Shown here one piece after another: positions 51,421 to 64,000 of a stretch of 64,000 nt of DNA. The stretch is from Octopus bimaculoides (Eukaryota), in assembly GCF_001194135.2 (NCBI RefSeq), contig NC_069004.1, forward strand, positions 19,860,716 to 19,924,715. The letters are read 5' to 3'. The position numbers and the translations under genes were made by a program. The stretch's first letter is position 1, and every line of letters starts with the position of its first letter. The notes beneath the pieces were generated by a model. It had not been told where the DNA came from. It saw only the letters and a program-made list of their open reading frames with translations, and did not search any database.

Positions 51421-51710
51421 TGGTGAAAAAATGCAAATGCTTTCCAAACACCCTAATACATACACACACAAACATATACATACAAGTATGTAGATAAATG
51501 AAAGATCTAATCCAATAATTGAGTAAGGGACAAAAGCACACATTCAGACAAACCAAAAGCAAAAGAAAGCAGGAATTCCTCTTTACAATTCCATCTAAGG
51601 ACTTCAAGTAATCTCAGTTTATTTGTCTTTCATGTCTATCATTTTGTTGTTCTCTCTCTCTCTCTCTCACACTCTCTCTCTCACACTCTCTCTCTCTCTC
51701 TCTCACTCTC

Positions 51711-51769
51711 NNNNNNNNNNNNNNNNNNNNNNNNNNNNNNNNNNNNNNNNNNNNNNNNNNNNNNNNNNN
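51711..51769. other. Assembly gap (N run)
   Basis: 59 N within a CT repeat. Confidence 1.
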
Positions 51770-51785
51770 CTCTCTCTCTCTCTCT

Positions 51786-51817
<32 letters not shown>

Positions 51818-51944
51818 GTCATCATCATTACCGTCCCTCCATTTTAAATATCGAAACAATGTCAGGAATACTTAAACCAATAAATATATTCATATGTGAT
51901 ATTTAATGTATATTGAACAAATTTCTCATTCAATCTTTTTTCCC

Positions 51945-52110
51945 TTTCTACTACTACTATTACTACAACTACTGCTGCTGCTACTACTACTACTCCTACT
52001 ACTGCTGCTGCTGCCACCACCTCCTCCTCCTCCCTTCTCTTATTCTTTATCTTTCCATCCTCACCTTCTCCTTTCCCTCCTCACCTTCTTCTCCTTTCCC
52101 TCCTCCTCCC
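51945..52110. repeat. Compound trinucleotide repeat (CTA)n/(CTG)n/(CCT)n
   Basis: Visible directly. Confidence 0.9.
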
Positions 52111-53059
52111 CTGATCATTAAATACCTATGCAGAAAACTATGTAGCAAGTTTGAAACCAGCAGCTTAACCTCCAGTTGAGTAGAATTTAAAGAAGCTATT
52201 GACATTTATGAGTGCCACTGTGAATACATACATACACGTAAACATACATATACTCTCCCATATGCACATAAACACACACACTCATAAACATATATATATA
52301 TATATATATAAATGCACACGCATATCCATGTATGTATTTGCATATATATGTATTTTAAGTCATATTTCATTATTTTGTTTAGCATGAGCATTCAATGGAA
52401 TTTGAAGAGAGGTTGCAGCTAACACCAAAATTGTAAACACACACACACACACACGAATGAAAAAAGGAAAATAATAAAAACAAGCAAACTTCATTAAATA
52501 TAACAATAGTAATTATATCAAATAATGGAAAATGTCATGATTACTTTCTAACTACAATAGAAATTTTTTTAAGAAAAAAACGTAAAATAACTTTATGGAG
52601 AAGAATATATATATATATAAAAAAAAAAGAAATCAAAGCAAAACATTGTTCAAGCAGTTATGAGCTATGTAGCATTGCCAAATGTTGAAATTAACTTCAG
52701 TGGTGTTATTGTTACTATTGTTACTATTACTACAGTGGTTTGTATCAAGGACTGCCTTTAATGAAATATCCATCAGGTAAGCAACATAAGTTCTATATTT
52801 ATGTGTGAATATTAATGACCAAAATATTTTATCATACCGCGTAGATTTAACTACTAACTGCCTCTCTATCTAACTAGCTATATGTGAGTGCATGTGTGTT
52901 TATGTATGTGCATTGTTGAAGTTTTCACAAACACTTTGGTAAGTTCTTGATTTCATGTTGTTTCTCTAATGTAGTTGAGTGATCTACATTCTTCATTAGA
53001 GTATGGAAGTTTCCAAAATACAAGATATACGTCTCTCTCTTTCTCTCTCTTTCATCATC

Positions 53060-53975
53060 ACCACCATCATCATTTAACATCTGTTGTCCATGTTGGCATA
53101 GGCTGGACAGTTTGACAATGGCTGGTAAGCTGAGGGGCTGCACCAGACTCCAGTTTAATTTGGCATGGTTTCTATGGCTGGATGCCCTTCCTAATGTCAA
53201 CCACTCAGAGTGTAATGGGTGCTTTTACATGCCACTGGCACAGGTGCCAGTTGTGTGACACTAGTATCTGCCACGACTATGATTTCACTTGGCTTGATGG
53301 GTCTTCTTTTCAAACACAGCATGTTGCCAAAGGTCTTGGTCATCAATCATTGTTTCCATGACAACCGACACTCTAAAGATGCTTTTTACCTGACACTGGC
53401 ATCGGCCACATTGCCTCTGTGAGGTCCAATGCTCAAAAAGTGCTTTTATGTGCCACAGGCATGGGTGCCAGTTCCATGACATTGACAACAGCTATGACTA
53501 TGATTTCACTTGGCTTGATGGGTCTTCTCAAGCATAACATAGGTCTTGATCCCTGGTCATTGCCTCTGTGAGACAAAAGTTTGAAGATCATACTTCACCA
53601 CTTTGTCCCATGTCTTCCAGGGTCTCCTTCTTCTACAGCTTCCCTCCACTGTTAGAAATTGGCACTTCCTTACACAGCTATTCACATTCATCTGCATCAC
53701 ATGACCATACCAACACAGTCATCTCTCTTGCACACCACATCTGATGCCTCTTATATCCAACTTTTCTCTCAAGATACTCACACTCTGTTGTACATGTACA
53801 CTGACATTGCACATCCAGTGAAGCATACTAGCTTCATTTCTTTCAAGCCTATGCATGTCCTCAGCAGTCATGATCCATGTTTCACTGCCGTGTAGCATGG
53901 CTATTCACACACAGATATCATACAATCTGCCTTTCCCTCTGAGGGAGAAGCCCTTTGTTACCAACAGCCTATTCT
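53060..53975 (-). mobile_element. RTE 3' end and 3' UTR
   Basis: Reverse complement of the family's terminal coding region and UTR, with a duplicated UTR block at 53270-53400 / 53500-53570. Confidence 0.8.
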
Positions 53976-53979
53976 TATT

Positions 53980-54790
53980 CTAGCAGGACCCACCCCTACA
54001 AGATGATCCACCATCATGAGCTCATGCAAGTTTATAAGGCCATGAAACTGGAGAGAAGTCATTTTATCCTATGTCAGATTGCTGAAGGCAAGCTGCCCAA
54101 CCTGGTGTTCACTGTTGAAAAGAAATTTGACATCAAACAGACAGTAAACCATGAGAATGACTGACTTTGGAGTATATCTGGCTTCATTGAGGGTAGACTC
54201 ATAAATCAATGTCAAAATCCACAGTCAGTTATGATTTGGGTGGCTGTGACAGCCACTGGAAGGTCTTCCCTCATTTTCATGCCCTTCTGTGTTAAAATTA
54301 ACACCCAGGGGTACATTAGGGACATTCTGGAAGCTGAACTGCTTCCATGGGCAAATGAGCACTTTCAAGGTGTACATTGGAACCTCCAACAGGACTCAGC
54401 ACCATCCCACAGATTCAAAGAGACACAACACTGGATTGAGAAAAACATTCTGTCATTCACAGGAAAGGATGTATTGCACTCAAGAAGCCGCAATCTCAAC
54501 CTGTTGGATTTTTCATTTTGGTCCATTTTGGAGATGAAGGTCTCAAGTGCTCCTCATGCTTCACTTGATGCTCTGAATGCAAAACTGTGCCAGAAATGGG
54601 CTTCAATTCTGCAAGAACAGCTGCATGCCATGTGTGAAGCATTTGCATGTAGACTTAAGGTTGTGATTCAAAACAGAGGTGGTCATATCAAATAAATGTG
54701 GTAATGTCATAATTGTGTTTCTTTTACCATTGCAATGCAATGGTCAGACCCAAAATATAACAATATTTTGCTTTGTCAAAACTGAAATAA
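53980..54790 (+). mobile_element. maT-type (DD37D) transposon, 5'-truncated
   Basis: FTVEKKFDIKQ..NHEND, then ORF 54231-54695 with QQDSAPSH...NLNLLDFSFW. 37 residues counted between the last two Asp. Confidence 0.75.
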
Positions 54791-54800
54791 ATTAGTTACC

Positions 54801-54897
<97 letters not shown>

Positions 54898-55068
54898 TTA
54901 CGTCTTTATGAGTTAGAGCTTAAACAACCATCTAAGGGATAATAAATATCCAATATACTACTGGATGTATACCTATGTATTCATATCCAAATGCTTACTA
55001 TTGTAAGGCAACAGTGCAATTGAATAATAGGTATGAGTGGGGGTAAACAGAAATTTACCCAGACTTTA

Positions 55069-55323
55069 GGCAAAGAAAATGGAGAAGGTAATTAACAAAC
55101 ATCAAATAATTAATTAATTAATCAAACATCAGCCTGCAAACATCAAATGGATATATCTATTAATTACAATCATATGTATAAATAAGTAAATAAATAAATA
55201 GATGAATAAGAATAAATGAGTGAATAATACTATATTTATTTATTTACTTATTTATATAGATCCATTTGATGCTTGCAGGCTGATGTTTGTTAATTAATTA
55301 TCTTCTCCATTTTCTTCTTTGCC
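55069..55323. mobile_element. Fold-back (MITE-like) element
   Basis: Inverted arms ggcaaagaaaatggagaag..caaacatcagcctgcaa.catcaaatggat..taaataagtaaataaataaata with their reverse complement ending ttctttgcc. Confidence 0.7.
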
Positions 55324-55324
55324 T

Positions 55325-55371
<47 letters not shown>

Positions 55372-55377
<6 letters not shown>

Positions 55378-55586
55378 TAAGGTACTCAGAAATCTGGATG
55401 TTTGTACATTTACAGATTTTTATTAATGTCACATGTTTTATAAATTAAATAAAGCGCTTTTCACCTAATCGTGTAAGATTTTCAACTGATTAGGCAAAAA
55501 GTGCTTTATTTAATTTATAAAACATGTGACATTAATAAAAATCTGTAAATGTACAAACATCCAGATTTTTGAGTACCTTAATTTTT
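55372..55586. mobile_element. Near-perfect hairpin element next to (TA)n
   Basis: About 99-bp arms (55372-55470 / 55488-55586) with few mismatches and a roughly 17-nt loop. Confidence 0.8.
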
Positions 55587-55629
55587 TTCTATATAATTTC
55601 TGTACATCACCTTCAAACCTTCCAATATA

Positions 55630-55790
55630 TATATATATAGATATATGATGGGCTTCTTTCAGTTTCCATCATCCAGATCCACTCACAAGGATTTCGTCAC
55701 TCTGAGGCTATAGCAGAACACACTGGAGGGTGTCATGCAGTAGGACTTGAACCCAGAACCATGTGGTTGGGAAGCAAACCTCATGCCTGT
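55630..55790 (-). mobile_element. tRNA-derived SINE head fragment
   Basis: Degenerate copy of the 24885 family. Confidence 0.65.
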
Positions 55791-55919
55791 ATTTGTGTGT
55801 GTGTGTGAGTGCATATATGTGTGTACACACTTGCCGTGATATTATGTAATAGCTGCAATAAGTATCCCTAAAAACCCATACAATGGAGACAAACACAGTT
55901 TGAACACACAAAAACACAC

Positions 55920-56122
55920 ATTTTGCTTCATCATTTCCAGCTAAAATATTTTCCAAGGAAAATTGTATATCATTTATAAGTTCTGAATGTGAACTTTTTT
56001 CTCGTATAGTTTTATTTAAAATCTGATAGTTACGTATCATGTCAGGGTCCTTCAAACACCCTGGTATTTCCAAGCATTTACAAAGTGTTGCTTTTTTAGT
56101 CTGCTGAATGGTAGTTCTACCT
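55920..56122 (-). CDS. Possible upstream exon of the coiled-coil gene (GRTTIQQTKKATLCKCLEIPGCLKDPDMIRNYQ...GNDEAK)
   Basis: 67 open codons in non-repeat DNA. The phase-1 donor T|GTGTGT would join the 28614 exon. The acceptor is ambiguous and a competing plus-strand exon candidate overlaps it. Confidence 0.3.
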
Positions 56123-57556
56123 CTAGTTTAATGTGCTAAAGTGCTATAATTCAAGTTATGTCAAAAATTGTACTGTCATAAAGAGGAAGATTTTTGGTTT
56201 ATTTTGATGCAAAAACTGATGGGGGTAGGTCAGATAATCATTACGAAATATAAAAGATAAAATTTCATTGTTAATTTTCACAAATTCAATATAGTCTTTG
56301 TCAATATGGTCTTTTTACATGATATGTGAAAAAGCACAAAGTCAGAAAAGAGTGTGGTGTAGTGACCCTACTTGCCAAACTGATATATTCATGCATGCTG
56401 AGAGGTCAAACAGAACACAAATCCAAGGCTCCAAATATCAAGTCTGAGCCAGAATTTAAAGAAATGGATGAAGTAATTACTAAGTAAACATATATTTCTA
56501 CAAAAAATGTTTTTAAATGCACTAAATTGAGTTCAATAAGTCTTATAGAGCCCAAACTTAGTATGAAATCATTGTATTGAGAATGTTGTGTATTCCCTCT
56601 CACTGTTTTAACATGTGGAGTGCTGCTAGGCAAACCTAGTAGATACTTTTGTACATGTAAATTTAATTTTTCTTTGAGAAAGATTAGTCAAAATCCATCA
56701 ATATAAATTATATTGTGCAACAAATATAATTTTGTAGACTATTAAAGTCAAATGTGATGTTTTTTTTTTCTGAATTTGGGATAATTTGTGTCAGTGTTAA
56801 TTTGGGGGTTTTTTTTCTCTCTCTCCTACTAATGAATTTGTTGTAAGCTACAGATATTGTTAATGCCTTTAATTCATGTTTATAATGCTTAAAGCAAGGA
56901 ATTAGTTTTCACATTGTGTATGTTTTTTAATCTCGGTCTACATGCAATTCTGTGAAAGGTATGAGGCGATTGTGGGATGTTCTAGAGACAACATCTAAAT
57001 CTCCCTTAAATCACACATACTTTTGTTTGAAAATATTTTTTAAATTTCTTTTTTGCAGCTGTAAAGGCTTCTCCCATCATTTTTAAGTGCATAATGCAAC
57101 AAAATTGGTCAAAATCAGTCAAAGGTGGGGAATCTAATTTCTCAAACTTTTTTTTTCCATAAAAAGCTTACCTCCATCAATTCCAAGACCGTGATGCAAA
57201 AAGGAAAAACAAAAAAAAGGTAACTCTCCATCAAAACGAAGAAAATCCAACTTATGAGAGCGTCCTGCTTTTAAGCACCCAACTCAACCTTTTCCAACCA
57301 CCTTTACACTTACCCACATGCTCTTAACACACTAACACTGTTTCCTAATACAACATGTCAATTGGAATAATTCCAAGTTGTTAGAAAGACAAGGGAAAAG
57401 TTAGTGAAGTGTGTGTAATTAAATATGAAATAAAGTGTAATTTAGTAGCAACTCTGCTCATATTTAATTACAGTATAAGAATACTGCAGTTAGAGAGACA
57501 ATGTATAGTGGGGATATATTAAGAAGTAAATTGGGTGAGGTGCCCAGTTGTGCATA

Positions 57557-58795
57557 TAAAGGGGTTGGATAAAATAATGGAAACACCTAGCATCATAGCA
57601 TCATAATTTTGAAATATCTTTAAAACTGACAAAACCTTGTTTATTTTTATGTTTTTTGATTTATTATTAGTGTTGCTTAATATGTTTTGCTAAAATTGCT
57701 GTTTCTTTTCAGATACAATCAGAAAAAAGGTAATTAAAATTCATTAAAATGACAGATCTATCGGACTTTCAAAGAGGTCAAATTGTTGGTGCTCGTATGG
57801 CAGGCGCTAGCGTAACGAAAACAGCCAAAATGTTTGGTGTATCAAGAAGTACTGTTTCAAAAGTAATGACAGCCTTTGAGAAAAAGGGAAAAACCTCCTC
57901 ATCAAAATAAAAGTCTGGAAGAAAACCCAAACTTTCCGATAGGGATCGTCGGACTCTAACATGAATTGTTAGAAAGGATCACAAAAGTACAGCTCCCAAA
58001 ATTACTGCAGAGCTTAATGACCACCTTGAAAACCCAGTTTCCACAAAAACTGTTGGCCGGGAGCTGCACAAAGCCGGATTTCATGGGAGGGATGCAATCA
58101 GAAAACCATTACTTTCAAAAACAAGAGTGGAGTAAAAACCTACAGAATTGGTCCCAGAGCAGTAGAAGAATGTTATTTTCTCGGACAAGTCATCTGGCCA
58201 AGTATATGTGTGGAGACAGCCAAAAGAAGCATTTGACCCAGACTGCCTTCTTCCAACTGTTAAACATGGAGGAGGATCTGTGATGATCTGGGAGGCTATA
58301 TCTTGGAAATCCGCTGGCCCAATGGTTTCCCTTCATGGCAGAATTAATAGTCAAGACTATTTAAGCATTTTATCTGATCAAATCCATCCTATGGTTGCAG
58401 AACTGTTTCTGGAGGGAAACGCAATCTTTCAGGATGATTATGCACCAATTCACACAGCGAAAGTTGTTGCTGAAATGCACGAGGATCATTCTAGTGAAGT
58501 TGAACATCTTATCTGGCCACCACAGTCCACAGATCTCAATATTATTGAAAATTTGTGGTGCATTTTAGAAAAACAAGTAAGGAGTCGATATCCTCCACCA
58601 TCATCACTACAAGAACTGGAGACTGTTTTAACTGAAGAATGGACAAAAATTCCTTTGGAAACAATTCAAACTTTGTACGAGTCTATACTTTGTAGAATTC
58701 AAGCTGTAATTACTGTCAAAGGCAGTCCTACCCCATATTAAAATAAATTTGTTGGAAATTTTAAGGTGTTTCCATTATTTTGTCCAACCCCTGTA
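57557..58795 (+). mobile_element. Tc1-like transposon of TRT (DD37E) type, complete ends, inactivated
   Basis: 31-bp TIRs taaaggggttggataaaataatggaaacacc / ggtgtttccattattttgtccaacccctgta. Transposase ATG at 57749 (MTDLSDFQRGQIVGARMAGASVTKTA) to TAA at 58741, with two stops and a deletion near 58130-58190. FQD...DLNIIE spacing counted as 37. Confidence 0.85.
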
Positions 58796-58799
58796 TGTG

Positions 58800-59500
58800 T
58801 ATATTGCACTTTCAGAATCTTACTTTTACCAAGGTGGGCAGATCTTCTTCAGAACGATATATTGCCACTTATCCCAGTCCTTTGTCCTCTCCATGAAATT
58901 CATGGTCCTAAGATTAGCCTTCACTACTTTGTCCCATGCCTTCCTAGGTCTCCCCACTTCCCCAAGTTCCATCCACTTAAAGTGGATGAAAGCTGTCCTC
59001 ATTCCTATACATCACATGTCCATACCAGTACAGCCTTCTTCATTGCACACAACATCTCATTCCTCTTATGTCAAGCTTTTCTCTCAACACATTTGCACTT
59101 TGTTGTGCATGCACTCTTATACAGTACATCTAACAGAGCATGCTTGCTTCATTTATTTCCAGTTTTCTCAGGTCTTCAAGGTCCATGTCTTACTACCATG
59201 TAGAATTGCAGTTCTAACACAGGTGACATACAATTTGCCTTTCACTTTAAGGGAATGGATTTTTGTGGCCAACAGTAGTAGTAGCTTCCTGAAATTCTTC
59301 CAACCTATTCTTACCCTAACTACTATACTTTCAGAGCAACCACTTCCTACTTAAGTACCTCTCCAAAGTAATAAAAATTATTGACTACTTCTAGTGAGCA
59401 ACCAGGGCATTTAAGAGAATCTATCTCCAGTATGCTCTAGTATGTATAGCTCCGGTGCATCTGTCACATCTGAAGGCTACTTCATATGTGACAGATGCAC
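58800..59500 (-). mobile_element. RTE 3' coding fragment
   Basis: Reverse complement of the YVTCVRTAILHGS.TW..RPRKAWDKVVK region. Confidence 0.75.
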
Positions 59501-59643
59501 TGAAGATAGAAAATTAACATAATATGTGCAGGCTGAGTACAGATACTAAGCTTGGTGACAGGCAATGAATAAAAGAATGCTACACATACAGTGAGAGAAG
59601 AATCATAGAGACAGAGAAGAGGGTGTGTGAGTGTGTGTATATG

Positions 59644-59765
<122 letters not shown>

Positions 59766-59769
59766 AGGA

Positions 59770-60470
59770 TGCTCACCAGATTGACAATATTCTCACTAGA
59801 AATTGGGATTCATGGTTACTCTTAAATGCAAAGTCCTTCCCTGGTGAAGAATGTGCCCTTCAGTATAGGTTACTCATTAATGACTTCAAGCTTCAGACAT
59901 GAAGGAACCCAAGAAGCAGGCCAGTTTGGAAAAGAAGGATCCTTTGAATAGTCAGAGATTTAGAGACATCCTAACTGAAGCCTTTAATGAGAAGGAGAGG
60001 GAGTTACAGACCTGTAACATAGAAGATAACTGGAAGTTTCTGCAAGATAACTTACTGAGAGCCACAGATCAAATATTTGGTTGGTGCAAAGCCCCAACCA
60101 GATGAAGGATGACATGATGGTGGAATACTATAGTTGATAGAGGTGAAACAGAAAGGAAGAAGTTTGCCAATGCTATGCAGCGTAAAGCCCAGCGGTTTGA
60201 ACTGTTTTGGCTTGCAAGACAGTGTGCCAGGGAAAATGTAATATTGTTGGAGAGAAGTGTGTTCGCATGGATGATGGTTATCTTGCAGTCAGTGACTCTG
60301 CAAAGAAAGGTTTGGAAGTTTCACTATGAAAGGCTACTAAATGTAGAGAATGCATGGGAGAAAGAGAGTCTGCTTACTGTGAATCCAACAGAGGGATCAG
60401 CAATCCAAATAAACAGTAGTATGGTAGATAAAGCCACAAAGGCTATGATGATGAGGAAAGCCCCTCACTA
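59770..60470 (+). mobile_element. RTE endonuclease-end/linker fragment
   Basis: HQIDNILTR..AKSFPGEECALQYRLLINDF, DNWKFLQDNLLRATDQIFGWCK, HYERLLNVENAWEKE. Confidence 0.8.
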
Positions 60471-61479
60471 ACTCTGTGAAGGAGTTCTTCAGTGCTCACA
60501 CAGACATCTGAAGACATCTCAATGAGCGGTCAGAGTACCTGCAAAAGGAAGGACAGCCTATAGTTGCTGGAAATATCAGCCCCACAAACAGGCCATGGGG
60601 GCCCATAACCCATAGACTGTAGGAACATTGTTGTTAGATGTTTGGAAATTTTGTGCAGTCCATTTTTTAGGATGGAGTATGTTGCACCACATTCCCATAA
60701 ATGCATTGAGAAGTTTTTCTTCTTATACATTTTTTTTTTGTGGTGCAACCACTCTCATGTTATGGATGTGTTATTGTATGGTCTGGACACAGTTCAGTAG
60801 GCTGTCTACCAACATTCTGCCAGACTTGTCTGTAGGGAGGCACATTATTTCATTGCTCCTAACATGCTTTTGTCTCTTTGTCATCATCCATGTGTGGTGG
60901 GAAGCATACTCTTTTGTTGAATGATAATACACAAAACATTACATAGAATAATTATTTTGATTACTTTTTTATAAATATAAATCTATCACATCCACATTTA
61001 CATACATATACATCTGAATATTTAGTAATATATGATGTGGACATATATATATACACACATGCATAGATTTGTATAGACCATTGTACATGTACATTATTAA
61101 GATTATATCATGTACCCTAAACAAAGCATGTTTAGACAGGTATTTTTTCAGAGGTCAGTCCTTTAAGTTTGTCAGAACAATTATCCAAACAGGAACACAG
61201 AAGTAGAAGTGGCAGTAAGAAGGAATTTCATTGTGAGATTGATAACCTCAAACTGCAACCTTGACAACAGGATATGTAATATATACATGATTTTAATTTA
61301 TTGAACTTCAGGCAATATATTATATCCATGGCCTCTCAGCAAGTGGTTTTAACATCTGAACAAATATCAAGTGTGTTTGTGTGTGTGTGCACACACATGT
61401 GCATACGTACATGTACATGTGCATGCATGCATGGGTATATGTGTATAGATATATAAATATTTATTCACAGCACTAAAGA

Positions 61480-62530
61480 GTAAGGATTTCAACTATGACC
61501 CAAATAGAGTGGAAGAAACTGGAATTCCTCAATTCCTATGCCCTCATTAAACCACACATCAACATCCTGGATACCATTCTGGGGAACAGTTACAGGAAAG
61601 ATGGAAAAATGAATGGAGAAAGTGAAAAGGAAAAGAAAAACTTCCCTGGCCAAGTAGACTCTCAAAAGAACAAAGATGAAGTCACACCTGAAAGGCTTGC
61701 TAAAGAATAGGGCATTGAGGATACTGGCACTTCCCCCACGACTGTAGACAGAGTAAGATGAGAGGAAGAACACGAAAACAGATCAAAGACAGCACAAAAA
61801 CTTTCAGAAACAACCAAGAGCAAGGAGAAAGAGAAGAAAAGGAAGCAAGAGCAAAAAGTAAAGCCCTCAAGATAAACCATGATGAAAAACATTCCAGACT
61901 GCCCCAATGAGGAGTTTCCAGTGAAACCTAAAAAAAAAAAAAAAAACATCTTTGAAGTAAAACAGAAGACTTCCAGCAATGTGGAAAAAGAAATAGGAGG
62001 TACTAAAGTGGAAACATAGACAGACTGCTGCACCTCAACAACAAAACAAAAATATCTTTCCTGTGAGACCTCACTGCATGCATAGCACTCATAGAAATAC
62101 ATTTTAGACCTGATACAAAGGATGCAGAAGTACACACTAAAGTATGTTGCAATGCAAATAGATAGCAGAGAAAGGAGCCACAGTTGAGTTGCAGTATACA
62201 TCCATGAAAACTTCATGCCCCAGGTCCTACTGTTACATTCAAACTCAATGTGTGACAATCAAATTGTACACATAAGACAACTTAATATTGTTATATGTAC
62301 TACATATCATCCACTGGATGCTCCAAATCATACAGGCAAGTTTGAAGACTTCCTTGAAAAAAGAGAAGTTCTCACCAAACTGAAACAACACAACGTATTC
62401 TTTGTGGATGACTTCAACTTCCCCAATGTGGGATGGCTCAAGGGTTTCAAGCTCTCAGGAATAACACACTACCAACAGTCATAGGTGGGGTCCCTAATCA
62501 ACCTTATTGATGATTTATTCATCAAGAAGA
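61480..62530 (+). mobile_element. Degraded CR1/L2-like LINE fragment (basic ORF1 tail plus APE endonuclease)
   Basis: K/E-rich broken frame, then VAVYIHE..IVICTTYHP...FFVDDFNFPNVGW. Confidence 0.5.
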
Positions 62531-62744
62531 GGTGGAGTCTTCCAAGAAGCCAATGAAGGACAGGATCTTTGTCTTGATCGCATGCAGAAAGATCTCTCCA
62601 AGTATGCATTTGCTGTTGTTTTGTAGGAGATCTCCGGTAGTTATCAGTAGCACTAGTGTGATGGTTGGCTTGGCTTCAAAGGAAGCCATCCTGAGTCTAC
62701 TGGTGATGGTCTTGTATGTATATATATATCATCATCATAATCAT

Positions 62745-64000
62745 CATCATCGTTTAACGTCCGTTTTCCATGCTGGCATGGGTTGGACGGTTCGACTGGG
62801 GTCTAGGAAGTCACGAGGCTGCACCAGGCTCCAGTCTGATCTGGCAGAATTTCTACAGCTGGATGCCCTTTCCTAACGCCAATCACTCAGAGAGTGTAGT
62901 GGGTACTTTCTACGTGCCACTGGCACAGGGGCCAGATGGGGCTGGCATCAACCATGATCGGATGGTACTTTTTACATGTCACCAGCACGGGGATCACAAC
63001 TACAATTTCCATTTGATTTTGATATTGTTGTTGATGTTGATGTACTTGACTCAATAGGTCTCCTCAAGCATGACATGTCGCCCTATGATCCAAGGAACTT
63101 TTGAGTGGGCTGTTTATGTGACACTGGTGTAAGTTACAGCTGTGGACTCACTTTATTTGCCAGGTCTTCTCAGTCACAGCATACTTCCAGAGGTCTCGGT
63201 CTTTTGTCATTGCCTCTGTGAGGCCCAACGTTCGAAGGTCATACTTCACCACCTCATCCCATGTTTTTCTGGGTCTCCCTCTACCCCAGATTCCTTCTAC
63301 TGTTTGGGAGTGGCACTTCTTCACACAGCTCTCTTCATCCATCTGTAGTACATGACCATACCAACGCAAACGTCTCTCTTGCATGCCACATCTGATGCTT
63401 ATGTCCAACATTTCTCTCAGGGCACTTACGCTCTGTCGTGTGTGCACACTGACATTATACATCCAGCAGATCATTCTAGCTTCATTTCTTTTGAGCCTAC
63501 GCATGTCTTCAGCAATCACGGCCCATGTTTCACTGCCATAAAGCATGGCAGTTCACACACATGCATCATGCAATCTATCTTTCACTCTGAGCGAGAGGCC
63601 CATTGTCACCAGTAGGGGTAGAAGCTTTCTGAACTTCGCACAGGCTTTTCTTATTCTAGTGGTAACAATCTCTGAGCATCCACCCCCACTACAGACTTGG
63701 TCACCTAGGTAGCGGAAGCTATCAACTTCTAGTTTCTCCCCCTAGAATGTGATGGAATCTGTTTTCTGAGCATCTATGGTGTTTATTGCCCTTGTGCATC
63801 TGCTGCACATGAAAGCTATCTTTCTGGTTAATCTTCCTTTGATGTTGCTGCACCTCTTATGTGTCCATAGCTTACACTGGGTACATCTTATGGAGTTTCT
63901 ACCTACGCCTTTTCTACAGATTGAGCAGGGCCACCTAAAGGGTGTGTGATGTGTTTGCCTTCCTACTTACTAGAACTTTGGTCTTTGCAACATTCACTCT
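62745..64000 (-). mobile_element. Relatively young RTE LINE 3' end with complete 3' UTR; continues beyond the window
   Basis: ORF 63148-63546 (MLYGSETWAV...RLRWYGHV...GRGRPRKTWDEVV) is contiguous with the UTR core and (ATG)n tail. This shows that the many short SINE-like copies of this core are LINE 3' ends. Confidence 0.9.

Noticed and set aside
56372-56397. 26-nt minus-strand exon MHEYISLA as the start of the coiled-coil gene
   Set aside because: Its exit phase is incompatible with the TAG acceptor at 56123.
56403-56482. Plus-strand exon RGQTEHKSKAPNIKSEPEFKEMDEVITK
   Set aside because: Needs a GAG acceptor with no pyrimidine tract; better explained as the reverse complement of a minus-strand polypyrimidine tract.
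60500-60940. Cys/His-rich transposase C-terminus (piggyBac-like) on minus
   Set aside because: Too degraded, with several frameshifts; the motif could not be reconstructed reliably.

Overview
Eukaryotic, AT-rich, repeat-dense scaffold DNA, very probably from an octopus or other coleoid cephalopod. This is inferred from tRNA-derived SINEs of the octopus OK/OR type, a dominant RTE LINE family with (ATG)n tails, and abundant (TA)n/(CA)n microsatellites flanking four N gaps. Two host genes converge. On +, the last two coding exons of MRE11 (952-1388, 7950-8067) include the GAR motif. On -, an unidentified coiled-coil protein gene has three well-supported exons (28409-28614, 21235-21294, 20679-20909) and a doubtful upstream one near 56 kb. 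Most of the rest is decayed, often nested mobile DNA: RTE, R4-like, Tx1 and CR1-like LINEs, a solo LTR, mariner, maT (DD37D), a TRT-like Tc1 (DD37E), Academ-like and Chapaev3-like DNA transposons, SINEs and fold-back hairpins. Most ORFs in the supplied track are transposon fragments or microsatellite artefacts. No rRNA, functional tRNA or CRISPR array was seen. The most notable structures are an ORF1-only Tx1 derivative with its own 17-bp target duplication sitting directly behind a related full-type Tx1 copy, two templated insertions, and a solo LTR that cleanly splits an RTE reading frame. All family assignments are from motif recognition by eye; no database search was run.
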